From: Treponema sp.
Lineage (GTDB): Bacteria > Spirochaetota > Spirochaetia > Treponematales > Treponemataceae
Assembly: GCA_051883255.1 (NCBI GenBank)
Contig: JBJETJ010000032.1
Span: forward strand, 15,562 to 79,561
Reading direction: 5' to 3'
Length of the DNA stretch: 64,000 nt
Positions 10,123 through 20,415 of this stretch are shown one piece after another. Positions within the stretch are counted from its first letter, which is position 1; every line of letters begins with the position of its first letter. The position numbers and the translations under genes were made by a program. The notes under the pieces are model-generated. The model was given only the letters and a program-made list of their open reading frames with translations. It was not told the DNA's origin and did no database searches.

Positions 10123-11604
10123 ATGGAATCTATTGAGGCTAAAATCAAAGAACTTAATGCTTACCCGACTGAACGAGAATGGTTTGAGTTCAAGCAAAAC
10201 TGGTTTGACAAAGACCAGTTGGGACAATATATTTCAGCACTTTCAAATAGTGCTGCATTTGAAGGAAGAAGAGAGGCATATTTTGTTTGGGGAATACACA
10301 ACAAAAGTCATGATATCGTTGGAACAAATTTTGATCCAAATTGTGATATTGATAATGAGCCGCTAAAACATTACCTTTCACGGCAACTGGAACCTAAGAT
10401 TAATTTTTCTTTTGAAGAAGAAGTAATTGAAGGAAAGAAAGTTGTTCTTCTTACTATACCTGCTGCAAAGACTGTCCCTGTTGCCTTTGCAAATGAACGC
10501 TTTATAAGAATTGGAAGCAGTAAGGAGAACCTTAGAAAATATCCAGAAAAGGAATCATATTTGTTTGATGTTTTAAGGCATGGACTTCCGACTATAGAGA
10601 ACACACCATCACAGTATCAGGATTTAACCTTTGAAAAATTACTTATTTATTATGGTGCAAAAGGAATCAGACTGAACGAGGAAACATTTAAAAAGAATCT
10701 AGGTTTTTACACCTACGACGGAAAGTATAATATTCTTGCTCAACTGCTTTCTGATAACTCACATTTTGTGCAAAGAGTTGCTATTTTTGGTGGAAAAACA
10801 AAAACAGCGCCTTTGATTTCTGTCCGTGAATTTGGTTTACAATGTATTCTTTATACGCTTGATGAAGTGCTTCGTTATGGGGATGTGTTAAATATTATTC
10901 AGGCAGATGAGCGAAACAGGATTGTTGAACGAAAAGAAGTCGCGCTTTTTGAAAATGATGCATTCCGTGAAGCTGTGATAAACGCTTTTGTACATAACCG
11001 GTGGGTTGATGGAAATGAACCTATGATAAGTGTATTTTCTGACCGAATAGAAATTTTATCACATGGTCCCATTCCACCAGAGCAAACAATTGAAGGCTTT
11101 TTTGCCGGGGTCTCAATTCCTGTAAACAAAAAACTGTCAGAAATATTTTTACAATTGCATATAAGTGAAAAAACTGGTCGTGGTGTTCCAAAGATTGTAG
11201 AAAAATATAACAAGGGAGCATATTCTTTTACAGATAATTATATAGTCGTTACAATTCCTTTTAAATGGATTAATTCTGTGGGCTGGAATGTCGAACCAGT
11301 TGGCGGTGTTGTTTCAGGTGGAAATTATACACCAAAAATTAGGGAAACCCCAGATAAGTTCGATAAAAATACAGAAAGTTCGATGAAAAGTTCGATGAAA
11401 AGTTCGATGAAAATCATCGAACTTATGAGGTTAAATTCGATGATAACGGCTGTAGAACTTTCGTCAATATTAAAAATTTCTAAACGTGCAGTTGATAAGC
11501 AGATCCAAAATTTACGAGAATCAGGTAAACTTCGTCGTATCGGTCCAGATAAGGGCGGATATTGGGAAATAATAGATACAGATGAAATTTCGGAGGAAAA
11601 ATAA
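10123..11604 (+). CDS. Schlafen/AlbA_2 domain + HATPase-like + C-terminal HTH protein (RecG-like 'ATP-binding protein')
   Basis: EREWFEFKQN...ISALSNS (AlbA_2), FREAVINAFVH, EKTGRGVPKI, C-terminal wHTH ending LRRIGPDKGGYWEI. Confidence 0.85.
   Translation: MESIEAKIKELNAYPTEREWFEFKQNWFDKDQLGQYISALSNSAAFEGRREAYFVWGIHNKSHDIVGTNFDPNCDIDNEPLKHYLSRQLEPKINFSFEEEVIEGKKVVLLTIPAAKTVPVAFANERFIRIGSSKENLRKYPEKESYLFDVLRHGLPTIENTPSQYQDLTFEKLLIYYGAKGIRLNEETFKKNLGFYTYDGKYNILAQLLSDNSHFVQRVAIFGGKTKTAPLISVREFGLQCILYTLDEVLRYGDVLNIIQADERNRIVERKEVALFENDAFREAVINAFVHNRWVDGNEPMISVFSDRIEILSHGPIPPEQTIEGFFAGVSIPVNKKLSEIFLQLHISEKTGRGVPKIVEKYNKGAYSFTDNYIVVTIPFKWINSVGWNVEPVGGVVSGGNYTPKIRETPDKFDKNTESSMKSSMKSSMKIIELMRLNSMITAVELSSILKISKRAVDKQIQNLRESGKLRRIGPDKGGYWEIIDTDEISEEK
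11375..11410 (+). repeat. 12-bp in-frame tandem repeat (AAAGTTCGATGA)x3 encoding SSMK
   Basis: Three exact copies read directly from the sequence, in the linker before the HTH. Confidence 0.95.
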
Positions 11605-13500
11605 ATGAGCGCAAACAATAGTATTTGCTTAAAATCAGTCTATGACCTGCTTGATATGAATTTTTTTATTCCTGATTATCAACGAGGGTACCGCTGGTCT
11701 CAAAATCAGGTAACCGACTTATTAAATGATATTTATTCCTTCGCTTCCAAAAAAGGAAAATCAGATGAAGAGTTTTATTGTCTCCAGCCTATTGTTGTAA
11801 AAAAATGCAATCAAGAAACCATGGATAAATATAATTTAGTTGATGGATTTGGAGACAATACTTGGTACGAAGTTGTTGACGGGCAGCAACGATTAACTAC
11901 TATAAAAATCCTTTTTTTATATCTTCTGAAGTATCATTTAAAAACTGATTCATTAAAGCAAGATTATAGAAAAGAACTGTTTAAAATAAAGTATGCAACT
12001 AGACCAAATTCAGAAGAATTTTTAAATTCACTAATTAAATCTGACCATCAGAAAAATTCTGAATATATAGATTATGATTATATAGATAATGCATATTCAT
12101 ATATTGATAACTGGATAAATACAAATACAAAAGATTTACCAGGAAAAGTACGAGCTACACTTTTTGATCCTTTAGTAAACACTAAAGATAATCAAACAGA
12201 AAGAGGAACAATTCAAGTAATCTGGTACGAACTTGAAGAATCAGAAAACTCAATTGATACTTTTACTCGTCTTAATATTGGAAAAATTCCTCTTACAAAT
12301 GCTGAACTTATAAAAGCCTTATTTCTTCAAAAAAGTAATTTTACAGAAGCAGAAGTGGAACCACGACAGAGTGAAATTGCTTTGGAATGGGATAGAATTG
12401 AATACGCATTGCAAAATGATGAATTCTGGTATTTCTTGAATGAAGAAATAAATGATACACCAGCAAGAATTGAGTTCATTTTTGATGTAATGTATAAAAT
12501 TGCTTGTAAAAAAGCCCCTGGACTTCTTGATAAATTTGGAACCGATAACGATAGAACTTTCAGATATTTTGCTTACAGAATATTGGAAGAAAAAGGTAAA
12601 GTTACAGAAATTTGGGCAAAAGAAGTAAAAGCCTTTTTTAATACATTTGAAGAATGGTTTACTGATTCAGTTTGGTATCACTATATAGGGTTCTTAATTT
12701 ATTGTGGTGTTGATATTGTTACTATTTATGATTTTTATAAAGATAAACCAAAAGATGAATTTTTGGCAAAGATTAAGGAAAAGATAAGAGAAAATGTACC
12801 TGTTAAATATAAGATTTTGAAAACACCTGATAACACAAAAGAATATGATGTAAAACTTAGTTATGATAACAACAAAACTCTTTTAAGAAAAGTTTTATTA
12901 CTATTAAATATTGAATACATCGTAAAACAGGAAGAAAAGACTTATATAAGATTTCCTTTTGACCGTTTCAAAAAAGAATCTTGGGATATAGAACACATTG
13001 ACTCTTTTACAGAAAACGATATGAATGATAGAGCATAACAAAAAATGTGGCTAACAGATTCTGTTTCTGTATTAGAAGATGACGAAAAATGTAAGGATTT
13101 AGTAAAACAAATCAATGAGTTCCTTGAATCTTTTGATGAAGCAAAAAATGCAAAAGATAAATTCTTAGAATTCAGGACTTCTATATTACAAGCTGTAGGA
13201 GAACAAGTTTCTGAAAATTCTGAAGATGAAAAAAAATCTATTGGAAATCTAACTTTACTTGATGCAGGAACAAATAGAAGTTACGGAAATGCTTTGTTCC
13301 CTGTAAAACGAAAGACAATAATAGAAAAAGATTCTCACGGACAGTTTATTCCAATATGTACTAAGTATGTATTTTTAAAGTACTTTAACAAAGGTGGAGC
13401 TTCAATTTCCAGATGGAATAACACGGACATAAAATCATACAGAAACTTTGTTGTAGAGACTCTCGCTAACTTCTTTATTTTAGAAGGAGGAAATAACTAA
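11605..13500 (+). pseudogene. GmrSD-like DUF262-DUF1524(HNH) gene interrupted by a single in-frame TAA at 13036-13038
   Basis: PDYQRGYRW, VVDGQQRLTT, FTRLNIGKIPLT (DUF262). The HNH motif WDIEHID lies before the stop and SIGNLTLL...NRSYGN after it, in the same frame (AGA GCA TAA CAA AAA ATG TGG). Confidence 0.85.
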
Positions 13501-15848
13501 TGAATAAAAAATATAGCTTTTATGATTTGCTTACACAAACAATACTTATAGAAGAAAACAACACAGAAAAGGAAATTACAATAAACAAACTTGAAATTCC
13601 AAGGATTCAACGAGATTATGCCCAAGGAAGAAGAATTAATGATAAACTCCTATCTGGTACAAGTTTTTTAACAGCTATTTTTGATCATTTAGAAAACGAT
13701 ACAGAAATGGAAATGGACTTTATTTACGGAGCTGTACATCTTGGAAAATTTGAACCATTGGATGGACAGCAAAGACTTACAACTTTATTTTTGCTCCATT
13801 GGTATTTCGCAACAAGAGAATTTGAAAAGGAAGATTTTGAAATCTTTGCCAAAAAGCTTAAGAAATTTACTTATGAAACCCGAGCTTCTTCACGTATGTT
13901 CTGTGAAAATCTTTGTGAACAACAATTGAATATTCGAACTCAACTACCTGTTGATGTTATTACTAATGCTCACTGGTTTTATAAATCTTATCATAAAGAT
14001 CCAACAATTCAGGCAATGTTGAATATGATTGAGCAAATTGATGAATTGTATAAAAAGCTTGATGATAGTATTTCATATTTTCCACGATTAAATAAATTGC
14101 ATTTTTATATTTTACCCCTTAATAATTTTAATCTTACAGATGAGCTTTATGTGAAAATGAATGCTCGTGGTAAACCACTTACACATTTTGAAAATTTCAA
14201 AGCTGACCTAACAAAATGGATGAAAGCTGGAGATAACCCTTACTGTGCAGATTATTATGCAAAAGTTAAATACGGTGAAAGCAAAACAGAAATTGAACAT
14301 TTTTCAAAAATAAGTTTAGAGCTGGATAACAAATGGACAGATACAATTTGGAATCTTGTAAAAGATTCTGATAAAAAAGTTGATAAACGTTTTATGATGC
14401 TGTTCAAAAGATATTGCCTTGGGAAATATCTTGCTTATACAGACATAGAAGGAAAATCTTTGACATCCGACCCTGTATATAAATATTTCACTGGCAAAGA
14501 AGACACTTATTCTGTCTTTAATGAATTTAAATCTATCTTTGATAATTCTGAAGAGAATGTACTTTTTTCTTTTGAGCGTTTTTTCAACCAATACTCTGAG
14601 AATGTTGAAGTAATAACAAAGGATATACAACCAAACTGGCAATATTGGCAGGAAAAGAAAGGTGGAGAAAAGATGGAATATTCAATCTTTTCTCCAAAAT
14701 TCACTTCAAAAGATAGAATTGTATTTTTTGCAATGGCACGTTATCTGGAATTATTTGATTATAATCAAAAACAATTCAAAGAGTGGATGAGAATAGTTTG
14801 GAATATTACACTTAATACAGATATTAATGATGCGGCAGCTTTTGGTCGTGCAATTAAATTAATAAATGAATTATCTGTAAAAGGTGATAAAATTTATTCT
14901 TTCTTAGCAGATGAGAATTCTGTTATTGTTCTTCATTCATCTGAAAAAGCCATAAGAGAAGAAAGAATAAAAGCTTCATATATTTGCAAAGATAATACTT
15001 GGGAAAATATTTTCATTAATGCAGAAAAACATCCTTTCTTTGAAGGCTCAATTACTTTCCTGCTTACAGAAAATATGACACAAGAAGAGTTTAATCATAG
15101 ATTTGATATGGCTTCATTTATCTTTGATGATAACGGAATTTCATCAAATTACAGAAGGAATGGTCACATCCTTTTACGAGCTCTAATTAGTAATTATGAT
15201 TCTTTTGAAAAGTTTAAAAATGGAAATGGAAAAGGTAGAAGTTTTTACACAGATAAAGATGAAAAAGAGCATTATTTGAAAAAAATGCTTGTTAATGACC
15301 AGTATGTAATCGATGCTCTTATTCGATATTGCAATCAGCCTTCTCAAGATAAAATTCTTGAAATGTTAAAAGCTGATATACAACGACCTTCTTTGATTGC
15401 AAAAAAAGCAAAGGAAACTGGTTCTACTGAACTTGAAATAAGAAAAAAAGCCTTTGCACATGAAGCCTTATATAAGACAGAAACACTCCAGAATTGGATG
15501 CAAGAAGAATCAAGGCAGGCAACAAGATTCCAACATTCATATAACAGCTTAAATGTTTCAAGACCTATGGCACATTATGATTGGGTAATGTTAGATCCAA
15601 TACGCAGTGATGTTTGTAAATTTTTAATTGAAAATGGATATGAAACAACACAACGGTTAGATGATTCTGATTACTTCTGGGGATTCGATATTGAACTGGT
15701 CAATTCTAAAAAGAAATTGACAATTGAAGTAAAATGGGAAGGCACGTTTGAAGTTTATAAAGATAATAAAATTAATAATCTTTTAGACGGATTAAATTAC
15801 CTTAATAACGAAAAAATTATTGATGAATTAAAAGCTAAATTAGCATAA
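13500..15848 (+). CDS. Second DUF262 (GmrSD-like) protein
   Basis: IPRIQRDYAQGR, PLDGQQRLTTLFLLHWY, YVKMNARGKPLTHFENFKA; TAATG overlap with the upstream gene. Confidence 0.85.
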   Translation: MNKKYSFYDLLTQTILIEENNTEKEITINKLEIPRIQRDYAQGRRINDKLLSGTSFLTAIFDHLENDTEMEMDFIYGAVHLGKFEPLDGQQRLTTLFLLHWYFATREFEKEDFEIFAKKLKKFTYETRASSRMFCENLCEQQLNIRTQLPVDVITNAHWFYKSYHKDPTIQAMLNMIEQIDELYKKLDDSISYFPRLNKLHFYILPLNNFNLTDELYVKMNARGKPLTHFENFKADLTKWMKAGDNPYCADYYAKVKYGESKTEIEHFSKISLELDNKWTDTIWNLVKDSDKKVDKRFMMLFKRYCLGKYLAYTDIEGKSLTSDPVYKYFTGKEDTYSVFNEFKSIFDNSEENVLFSFERFFNQYSENVEVITKDIQPNWQYWQEKKGGEKMEYSIFSPKFTSKDRIVFFAMARYLELFDYNQKQFKEWMRIVWNITLNTDINDAAAFGRAIKLINELSVKGDKIYSFLADENSVIVLHSSEKAIREERIKASYICKDNTWENIFINAEKHPFFEGSITFLLTENMTQEEFNHRFDMASFIFDDNGISSNYRRNGHILLRALISNYDSFEKFKNGNGKGRSFYTDKDEKEHYLKKMLVNDQYVIDALIRYCNQPSQDKILEMLKADIQRPSLIAKKAKETGSTELEIRKKAFAHEALYKTETLQNWMQEESRQATRFQHSYNSLNVSRPMAHYDWVMLDPIRSDVCKFLIENGYETTQRLDDSDYFWGFDIELVNSKKKLTIEVKWEGTFEVYKDNKINNLLDGLNYLNNEKIIDELKAKLA

Positions 15849-15860
15849 AGAGGAAATATT

Positions 15861-18704
15861 ATGGCACTTAAAGCATGGCGAGAAATTGTAATTCCACACG
15901 ATGATGTTTTGAATGGTACTTCAACTCAGTCAGAATTTGCAGCTGATTTGAATTCTGTTGCTTCTGGAAAAGCAAGCGTAGAATATCAGGATGCAGAAAC
16001 CTTTTATAGCAGAACTTACATTACAGCAGGTATGTCTCTTTTGCTTAAGAATGTAATTATGCGTCTTAATGAAAAAGGTGGTGAGCCTGTTATCCAATTA
16101 AAAACTTCTTTTGGTGGTGGTAAAACACATTCTATGATTGCTGTATATCACTTGGCTAAAAGAATTTGTCCTCTAAATAATTTACAAGGAATTCCTGCGT
16201 TAATTGATACTTTGGAATTCAGTGATATACCACAGGCAAATGTTGCGGTAATTGACGGAAATAATTTAAGTCCAGGGCAACCTTGGATACGTGGAAAATA
16301 CCAGATTCAAACTTTGTGGGGTGAACTTGCCTGGCAGCTTGGTGGAGAAGAAGGATATAAACTTTTAGAGGAATCTGATAAGAACAAAACTTCTCCTGGA
16401 AAAGATTTGCTTGCATCTATTTTCACAAAATATGGGCCATGTGTTATTTTGGTGGATGAGTTATTGGCTTTTATTCGCCAGCTTATTGGTAATGATAATC
16501 TTCCAGCAGGAACTTTTAATAGTAATATTTCCTTTGTACAGGCATTAACTGAAGCTTGTAAGGTTGTTCCGAATTGTATTTTACTTGCTTCATTGCCGGA
16601 GTCTGAAGCAGAAGTTGGAAACGATGAAGCAAAAGAAGCATTAGTCGCACTTGAAAAATATTTCGGTCGTGTACAAGCCATTTGGAAACCTGTTGGCACT
16701 GAAGAATCTTTCGAAATTGTAAGAAGACGTTTATTTAAGGAAATAACTGACGAAAAAGCAAAAAAAGAAGTATGTAGAGCTTTCTTTGATATGTATCGTT
16801 CTGAAAATAAAATGCTACCTTCAGAAACTCAGGAATCGGCATATCTTGAAAGATTAGAACGTGCATATCCAATACATCCACAGTTGTTTGACTGTTTATA
16901 TGAAGAATGGGCAACTCTTGAAAAATTCCAGAAAACAAGAGGAACGCTTAAATTGCTTTCTACAGTCATTGCTTCTTTGTGGAAACAGAATAATACAGAT
17001 TTATTTATTCTCCCTTCAAGCATTCCTGTTTCAGACGGAAAAGTTGCTACAGAATTATGTGCTGTACTTAATGGTAATGGTTGGGAACAGGTTATTACAA
17101 AAGATATTGATGGCGATAATTCAGAAAGTTCAAAAATAGATATGGGAGATCCAAGAATTGGAAAATATCTTTGCGCTAAAAAAGTATCTCGTTCTATCTT
17201 TATGAAAACATCTCCAATTGCAAATGAAATTAGAACAAATTCTCATTCTGCACAAACAGCTAAGGGAGTTGCTTCTGATTATATTTTGCTTTGCTGTTTA
17301 CAGCCAGAACAGAATTCAGCTTTGTATATTGATGCCATCAAAAAGATAGCAGATAAATTACACTATTTGAATATTAGCGGAAGTGACGAAGGGGCTGATA
17401 AACGCTATTACCGTTTTGCAACCACTGCAAATATGCGTAAAGAACTGGAAGATAGATGTAATCGAATTAAAGATAACGACCCTAAACTTTTAGAATTATT
17501 AAAAGATATTTTACAAAAACTTTCTGATCAGAAAACATTGTTTGATTACATTCATCGTTTCCCAGACAGCTCTGAAATTCCTGATGATGAATCTTTGAGA
17601 TTAATTTACTTGAGTCCATCACAATTTTATAGTTCAACGGAAAACTTTGAATATGCTGAGAAAGCTGTAACTAATTTTGTTAAGAATTGTGGTTCAAATT
17701 TACGAATACATCAAAATAGACTTATATTTGTTGCACCTGAAAGTAAAACTTTAAACGCTGTTGAACAAGCAGCTAAAAAATACATAGCTTGGGAATCTAT
17801 CATAGATGATGCAAAAAGTGGTTGCATAAACCTTGATATGTATAATATGAAAAATGTTCAAAATGATTTTGATGCAGTGAAAAAAGCATTATCAAGTCAG
17901 GTACAGAATTGCTGGAAACATTTATTTGTACCATTTCAGTTACCAGGTGAAACGGATTTTACTATTGAGCATCTTTCTATCAACAATAATGATCTATTCA
18001 TTAAATCAATTGAAACAGCTTGTAAAGAAAATGAATATGTTATTCAAAAATGGGGACCAATACATTTAAATAACATATTAAAAACTGTTTATTGGAATAA
18101 CAGTAATGAACCTGTGGCTATTTCAAAATTCTGGGAAGATTCAACAAGATACATTTATTTTTCACGTTTACAAAAAAAACATGTTCTTTATGCAACTGTA
18201 ACACAAGCTTCTAGCGCTTCTGATTATTTTGGTCTTTCTGATGGTATTGGAAATAATGGAAAATTGACGGGATTGTCTGTTGGTAAACAAGTTGATTTTA
18301 TTACAGATGAAACATTGATTGTTCCATTAGATGTTGCTAAAGCAGTAATTGATGCTGAAAAAGCAGCACATCAAACTCCAACAGCTACAACTACAGGTGA
18401 TACTGTAAAACCTCCAACAATTGGTTCTGGAGTACAAACAGGAGGAACAGCACCAAGCCCAATATCAACTCCTAAAAAGAGTCATTTTTATTTTAATCAG
18501 AAAATCCAATTCGGTGAATTGGCAATTAAGGCTAACAAAATTTACGATGAAATTATTTCAGTTTTGAATCAATCTCCTGATGTAAATTTAGATGTTCATA
18601 TTTCTATTGATGCGCATTTTTCTGACGGAGCTGACGAAAAAATTGTACGAGATGTTTCTGAGAATTTAAGAACTCTCAATATGAATCCTGGAGAATGGAG
18701 TTAA
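15861..18704 (+). CDS. DUF499 AAA+ ATPase
   Basis: LKAWREIVIPHDDV...EFAADL N-terminus, Walker A FGGGKTHS, Walker B ILVDEL, YPIHP and FQKTRGTLKL motifs. Confidence 0.9.
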   Translation: MALKAWREIVIPHDDVLNGTSTQSEFAADLNSVASGKASVEYQDAETFYSRTYITAGMSLLLKNVIMRLNEKGGEPVIQLKTSFGGGKTHSMIAVYHLAKRICPLNNLQGIPALIDTLEFSDIPQANVAVIDGNNLSPGQPWIRGKYQIQTLWGELAWQLGGEEGYKLLEESDKNKTSPGKDLLASIFTKYGPCVILVDELLAFIRQLIGNDNLPAGTFNSNISFVQALTEACKVVPNCILLASLPESEAEVGNDEAKEALVALEKYFGRVQAIWKPVGTEESFEIVRRRLFKEITDEKAKKEVCRAFFDMYRSENKMLPSETQESAYLERLERAYPIHPQLFDCLYEEWATLEKFQKTRGTLKLLSTVIASLWKQNNTDLFILPSSIPVSDGKVATELCAVLNGNGWEQVITKDIDGDNSESSKIDMGDPRIGKYLCAKKVSRSIFMKTSPIANEIRTNSHSAQTAKGVASDYILLCCLQPEQNSALYIDAIKKIADKLHYLNISGSDEGADKRYYRFATTANMRKELEDRCNRIKDNDPKLLELLKDILQKLSDQKTLFDYIHRFPDSSEIPDDESLRLIYLSPSQFYSSTENFEYAEKAVTNFVKNCGSNLRIHQNRLIFVAPESKTLNAVEQAAKKYIAWESIIDDAKSGCINLDMYNMKNVQNDFDAVKKALSSQVQNCWKHLFVPFQLPGETDFTIEHLSINNNDLFIKSIETACKENEYVIQKWGPIHLNNILKTVYWNNSNEPVAISKFWEDSTRYIYFSRLQKKHVLYATVTQASSASDYFGLSDGIGNNGKLTGLSVGKQVDFITDETLIVPLDVAKAVIDAEKAAHQTPTATTTGDTVKPPTIGSGVQTGGTAPSPISTPKKSHFYFNQKIQFGELAIKANKIYDEIISVLNQSPDVNLDVHISIDAHFSDGADEKIVRDVSENLRTLNMNPGEWS

Positions 18705-18726
18705 AGCAATTTAAAAAATTGTTTTT

Positions 18727-19002
18727 GTGGAGACAGACATTATGACATTTGAACAAGTTGAATTGGAATTAAAGAAGATTTTTGATAAAGCTACTGCAGC
18801 TGGCAAAACTGAAATTATTCTTGTTTCTAAAGAATTCTTTGACCAGATGGAAATAAAACCGGAATACCGTGATTGCATTCCGATGTGTTGCCGCGTTATG
18901 AAAAATAATATAAAAGAAGGTATTGATGAAGTTCTTTATCATACTCCTTCATGGCAGAGTCATACTTTGAAAATTAAGTATAAGTTACCAAGGAAAACTT
19001 GA
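18727..19002 (+). CDS. Small hypothetical protein with IPMCC.VM motif
   Basis: GTG start 22 bp after the DUF499 stop, same strand; 91 aa, ends KIKYKLPRK. Confidence 0.6.
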   Translation: METDIMTFEQVELELKKIFDKATAAGKTEIILVSKEFFDQMEIKPEYRDCIPMCCRVMKNNIKEGIDEVLYHTPSWQSHTLKIKYKLPRKT

Positions 19003-19134
19003 TAATACCGGTAATTCTTGGTTTCTTTATTTTTTTTGATTTCACAATCCAGTTTTGACGGATATAATTATCACAAAAAAGAAACAAAGCAGGCTGAACA
19101 TGATAAAAAGAAAAATGAAATCTTCGATATAATT

Positions 19135-19380
19135 GGATTGACGCTTCTTCGTTTAAGTACAAACGGCTCTGGGAAAGAGAAAAAAATTAAAGAACAACTG
19201 GATAAGTATTTCCCTCTCTAGTCCCCATTAAAAGAACAAAAAGAAATTGTGGCTCGAGTGGAAAAACAATTACAAAAAATCTCTGAACTTGAAGCACAAA
19301 TCACCGACCAAGAAAAACTGGCAAATTTGCTTTTTCAGTGTATAATGAAAAATAATTTTAATGATAATGTGAGATGTTGA
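19135..19380 (+). pseudogene. hsdS: Remnant of a type I RM specificity subunit (HsdS C-terminal conserved helix)
   Basis: Reading through TAG at 19219-19221 gives YFPL*SPLKEQKEIVARVEKQLQKISELEAQITDQEKLANLLFQCIMKNNF, matching the HsdS PLPPLxEQxxIV...helix pattern. Confidence 0.7.
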
Positions 19381-19383
19381 TTT

Positions 19384-20415
19384 ATGGAAATTATTATGAC
19401 AAGTTTATTTAAAATTGATTTAGAATCGGAACAGTGTAATGAAGAGGATTTTTCAGATAAGCAAAATATTCAAAACTATCTTGATGAGTTGCTAGATACA
19501 ATAGTTTCTAGTTCGTGTGATAGAGAATATGAATTTGATGAAACTTTGATAACAACAAAAAGCAAAATACTTTCAATATTAAAAAATCTTAATGAACAGA
19601 CTAAACAAAATGAATGTATGTTTCTTGCACAGAAATTGTTGTCTATAGAATTAGATGTTCAAAAGAAAATTCAGAAATTAAATGTCGAGATTCAAAAAGG
19701 CATATTGGTAATTGCAGCCCTAAAGATAACTGATACAGATTATAAGTTCATCATTACAAAAGCAGATTATGCGGAATTTGTCGAAGAAATAACAGGAAAT
19801 ACAAAGAGCGGATTGCCATTAAAAAAGAAAATATTTAAATCTTTTATCGCCGATATTAAGTATATAAACAATGATTATACATTCCAAAGAGTAGTAACTT
19901 ATGATTCCAACATAAATCATTCTGTATATTGGTGGAAATCTTTTCTTGAGTTAAAAGAATTAAGAGATAATACAACAAATACAAGAAATGCTTTTGAATT
20001 AATAAATAACAATGTTTTGGCACCCTTACAGAAAGATTATAAATCTGATTATATAAAACTTTGGAATTCAACAGTTGCTTACTTTCGAATGAAAGGTGAA
20101 TTTGACATTAACTATTATGCAGAAAACGTAATAGGAAATTACACACCATATGATGTCTCATTAGAAATGGAGCAGCTTAAAAGTAAAATAAATGGTTTAA
20201 AAGAGAGAAATAAGTTTGATAATAAATTTGAGAAAGATCCTTCATCTATAACAAAAAAAATGAAAAAAGAATTGAAATTGACAAATGAAATTGATTTGAT
20301 TATAAAACAAGATATTCCAAATTTATCTTCAATAATCAAACCAAAAGAAGAAGATGGAAAAAAGTATATTATGGTATTAAGTACAGAGGGGTATGACTAT
20401 GCCAAAGGACTGTGA
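19384..20415 (+). CDS. Soluble hypothetical protein, possibly nucleoid-associated (NA37/YejK-like) fold
   Basis: 343-aa AT-rich ORF with YWWKSFLELKE motif; overlaps the next gene by 23 bp. Family call is recollection only. Confidence 0.5.
   Translation: MEIIMTSLFKIDLESEQCNEEDFSDKQNIQNYLDELLDTIVSSSCDREYEFDETLITTKSKILSILKNLNEQTKQNECMFLAQKLLSIELDVQKKIQKLNVEIQKGILVIAALKITDTDYKFIITKADYAEFVEEITGNTKSGLPLKKKIFKSFIADIKYINNDYTFQRVVTYDSNINHSVYWWKSFLELKELRDNTTNTRNAFELINNNVLAPLQKDYKSDYIKLWNSTVAYFRMKGEFDINYYAENVIGNYTPYDVSLEMEQLKSKINGLKERNKFDNKFEKDPSSITKKMKKELKLTNEIDLIIKQDIPNLSSIIKPKEEDGKKYIMVLSTEGYDYAKGL

Noticed and set aside
13045-13500. Independent hypothetical gene
   Set aside because: In frame with the upstream DUF262 gene and carries the second half of its HNH motif.
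1-18704. Canonical DISARM, BREX or type III RM system
   Set aside because: No DUF1998, PLD, PglZ or BrxL genes and no Res/Mod pair recognised; the content fits the DUF499/DUF1156/SNF2 module instead.
19018-19221. Independent 67-aa protein
   Set aside because: Its 3' part is better explained as the start of the hsdS remnant; no convincing start signal.
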